Source of the DNA: an uncultured bacterium
GTDB lineage: Bacteria; Verrucomicrobiota; Verrucomicrobiia; Verrucomicrobiales; DEV007
Length of the DNA stretch: 64,000 nt
Direction: 5' to 3'
Assembly: GCA_963977015.1 (NCBI GenBank)
Contig: CAXBMO010000018.1
Location: 32,001-96,000, forward strand
Position numbers and translations under genes: made by a program. The notes below the pieces were generated by a model. The model ran no database searches and was not told where the DNA came from. It saw only the letters and a program-made list of their open reading frames with translations. Shown here in pieces: positions 62,911-64,000 of this stretch (positions are counted from its first letter, which is position 1; the number at the start of each line of letters is the position of its first letter).

Positions 62911-63693
62911 TCAAGGCTGCGAGCCGACCGCCGTTTGAACCTGCTCGAGCACCATCTCCGGCGTAACGCGAACCCGCCAATTCTCCGTCAACTCCGACCA
63001 GAGAATTTCCCCCTCTTTCCCGATCAGGAATACCGCCGGTCGGGCGATATCGCCGTTGCTGAACGGATCCGCACCCACGTGGCGAAGTCCAAACGCGTCA
63101 ATCGCCTGAAAATCTGGATCCGCCAGGACCGGGTAATCCAGATTCAGTTTCGCCATCTTCTCACCAATCACTTCCGAGCGTTCAGAACTGATGGCGAGCA
63201 CTTCAGCCCCGGCCTCACGAATTTCCGAAATTTTCGACTGCAAACCTTGCAGTTCAGAAATGCAGAACGGTCACCAATGCCCCCGGTAAAACGTGAGAAC
63301 GACCAGTTTCCCTCGATAGTCATCCAAACGAACGGTTTGCCCATTCGCATCCGTGAGCTCAAAACCGGGAGCCTGTTTCAAGGCCAGGGTTTGCGGAGTT
63401 GGTTCCGGCACCTGGTAGGAAATCACGAAAACGTAGGCCAGAAACAGAGCGAGAAAGAAAAAGGAAACCACCACCCCGGTCGATTGAAAAAGCCGGCTCC
63501 AACGGCCCGCTGAAGCCCAATTCTTTCGCAGACCTAACACCGTCAGAACAAATCCCAGGATGATCAGGGGCAGACTGATCCAGGGAACATCCCGCGTTGC
63601 GGGGAATCGAGCAAATACCAGGAAGTAACTGACAAACGCAACAAACGTCAGCAACGGACCAAGCCAGCCCATAGATCGAAGCATTCTATTCAA
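62911..63693 (-). CDS. Membrane-anchored AhpC/TSA peroxiredoxin-like selenoprotein (UxxC)
   Basis: Track ORFs 63271..63693 and 62911..63243 are in the same frame and join as FYRGHW-TGA-PFCISELQGLQ; three N-terminal TM helices; ARPAVFLI. Confidence 0.88.
63238..63252 (-). promoter_or_regulatory. Bacterial SECIS-like hairpin
   Basis: CTGCAA-GGT-TTGCAG starting 18 nt after the in-frame UGA. Confidence 0.75.
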
Positions 63694-63813
63694 AATTCTT
63701 GCTGGTGGAGTTCACTTGGAATCCCCACCACATAGTAAAGTTTATTGTTATAGTACAACTCGAATCGATACCAACATTTGAAATGATTCAATGTTCTCAT
63801 CGCATAAGAAGAC

Positions 63814-63858
63814 AAAAAAGCGCCACGGATGTGCCGTAGCTAAACGTCCGGGCGCTTT
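63814..63858 (-). terminator. Intrinsic terminator
   Basis: Minus strand reads AAAGCGCCCGGACG...CATCCGTGGCGC-TTTTTT. Confidence 0.65.
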
Positions 63859-63861
63859 AAA

Positions 63862-64000
63862 GTTTCCCACGTGTGCCGTCCATGGTTTCAAGGACCACGT
63901 TCCCATGGCCTCTCTAGGTGGGTGGCCGCTAAAACGAGCTTGAATCTGCCTTCCAGTAAAGGCCTGACATCAGCCAGCCGGCGAGCCTCCCTTGTAGGTT
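63862..64000 (-). ncRNA. ssrS: Probable 6S RNA, 3' part (5' end outside the window)
   Basis: Non-coding; GGGAG...CACCCACCT...GGT...GACGGCACACGTGGG resembles 6S RNA 3' segments; followed by a terminator. Recognised from memory of the family only. Confidence 0.55.

Noticed and set aside
62911-63693. Two separate genes or a nonsense pseudogene
   Set aside because: The TGA falls exactly at the redox Cys position and is followed by a SECIS-like hairpin.

Overview
This 64-kb, GC-rich window is chromosomal DNA, most likely from a PVC bacterium and probably Verrucomicrobia, judging from the DUF1501/DUF1549-DUF1553/DUF1552 genes, a PVC-type CxxCH dehydrogenase, a sulfatase and an RpiB-GlyA fusion. 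The most striking region is 11.5-18.1 kb, a decayed integron on the minus strand. It has a frameshifted integrase remnant, an attI-like core and three gene cassettes, and every recombination site between cassettes is occupied by a mobile element. These are an intact IS1111 (IS110 family) whose non-coding end carries visible target- and donor-matching guide segments, a second truncated IS1111, a complete class C group II intron, a different intron remnant and an IS91 fragment. Other highlights are: a membrane-anchored peroxiredoxin-like selenoprotein (in-frame UGA in UxxC plus a SECIS-like hairpin); an MglA/MglB GTPase module in one run with a second roadblock protein, a zinc-ribbon membrane protein and TolQ/R (ExbB/D)-type genes; a BON/OmpA plus coiled-coil gene pair; a protein with 22 copies of a 14-aa Pro/Ala repeat; a REP-like repeat cluster; and a probable 6S RNA at the right edge. 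All calls come from reading the sequence by eye, and no database searches were run.
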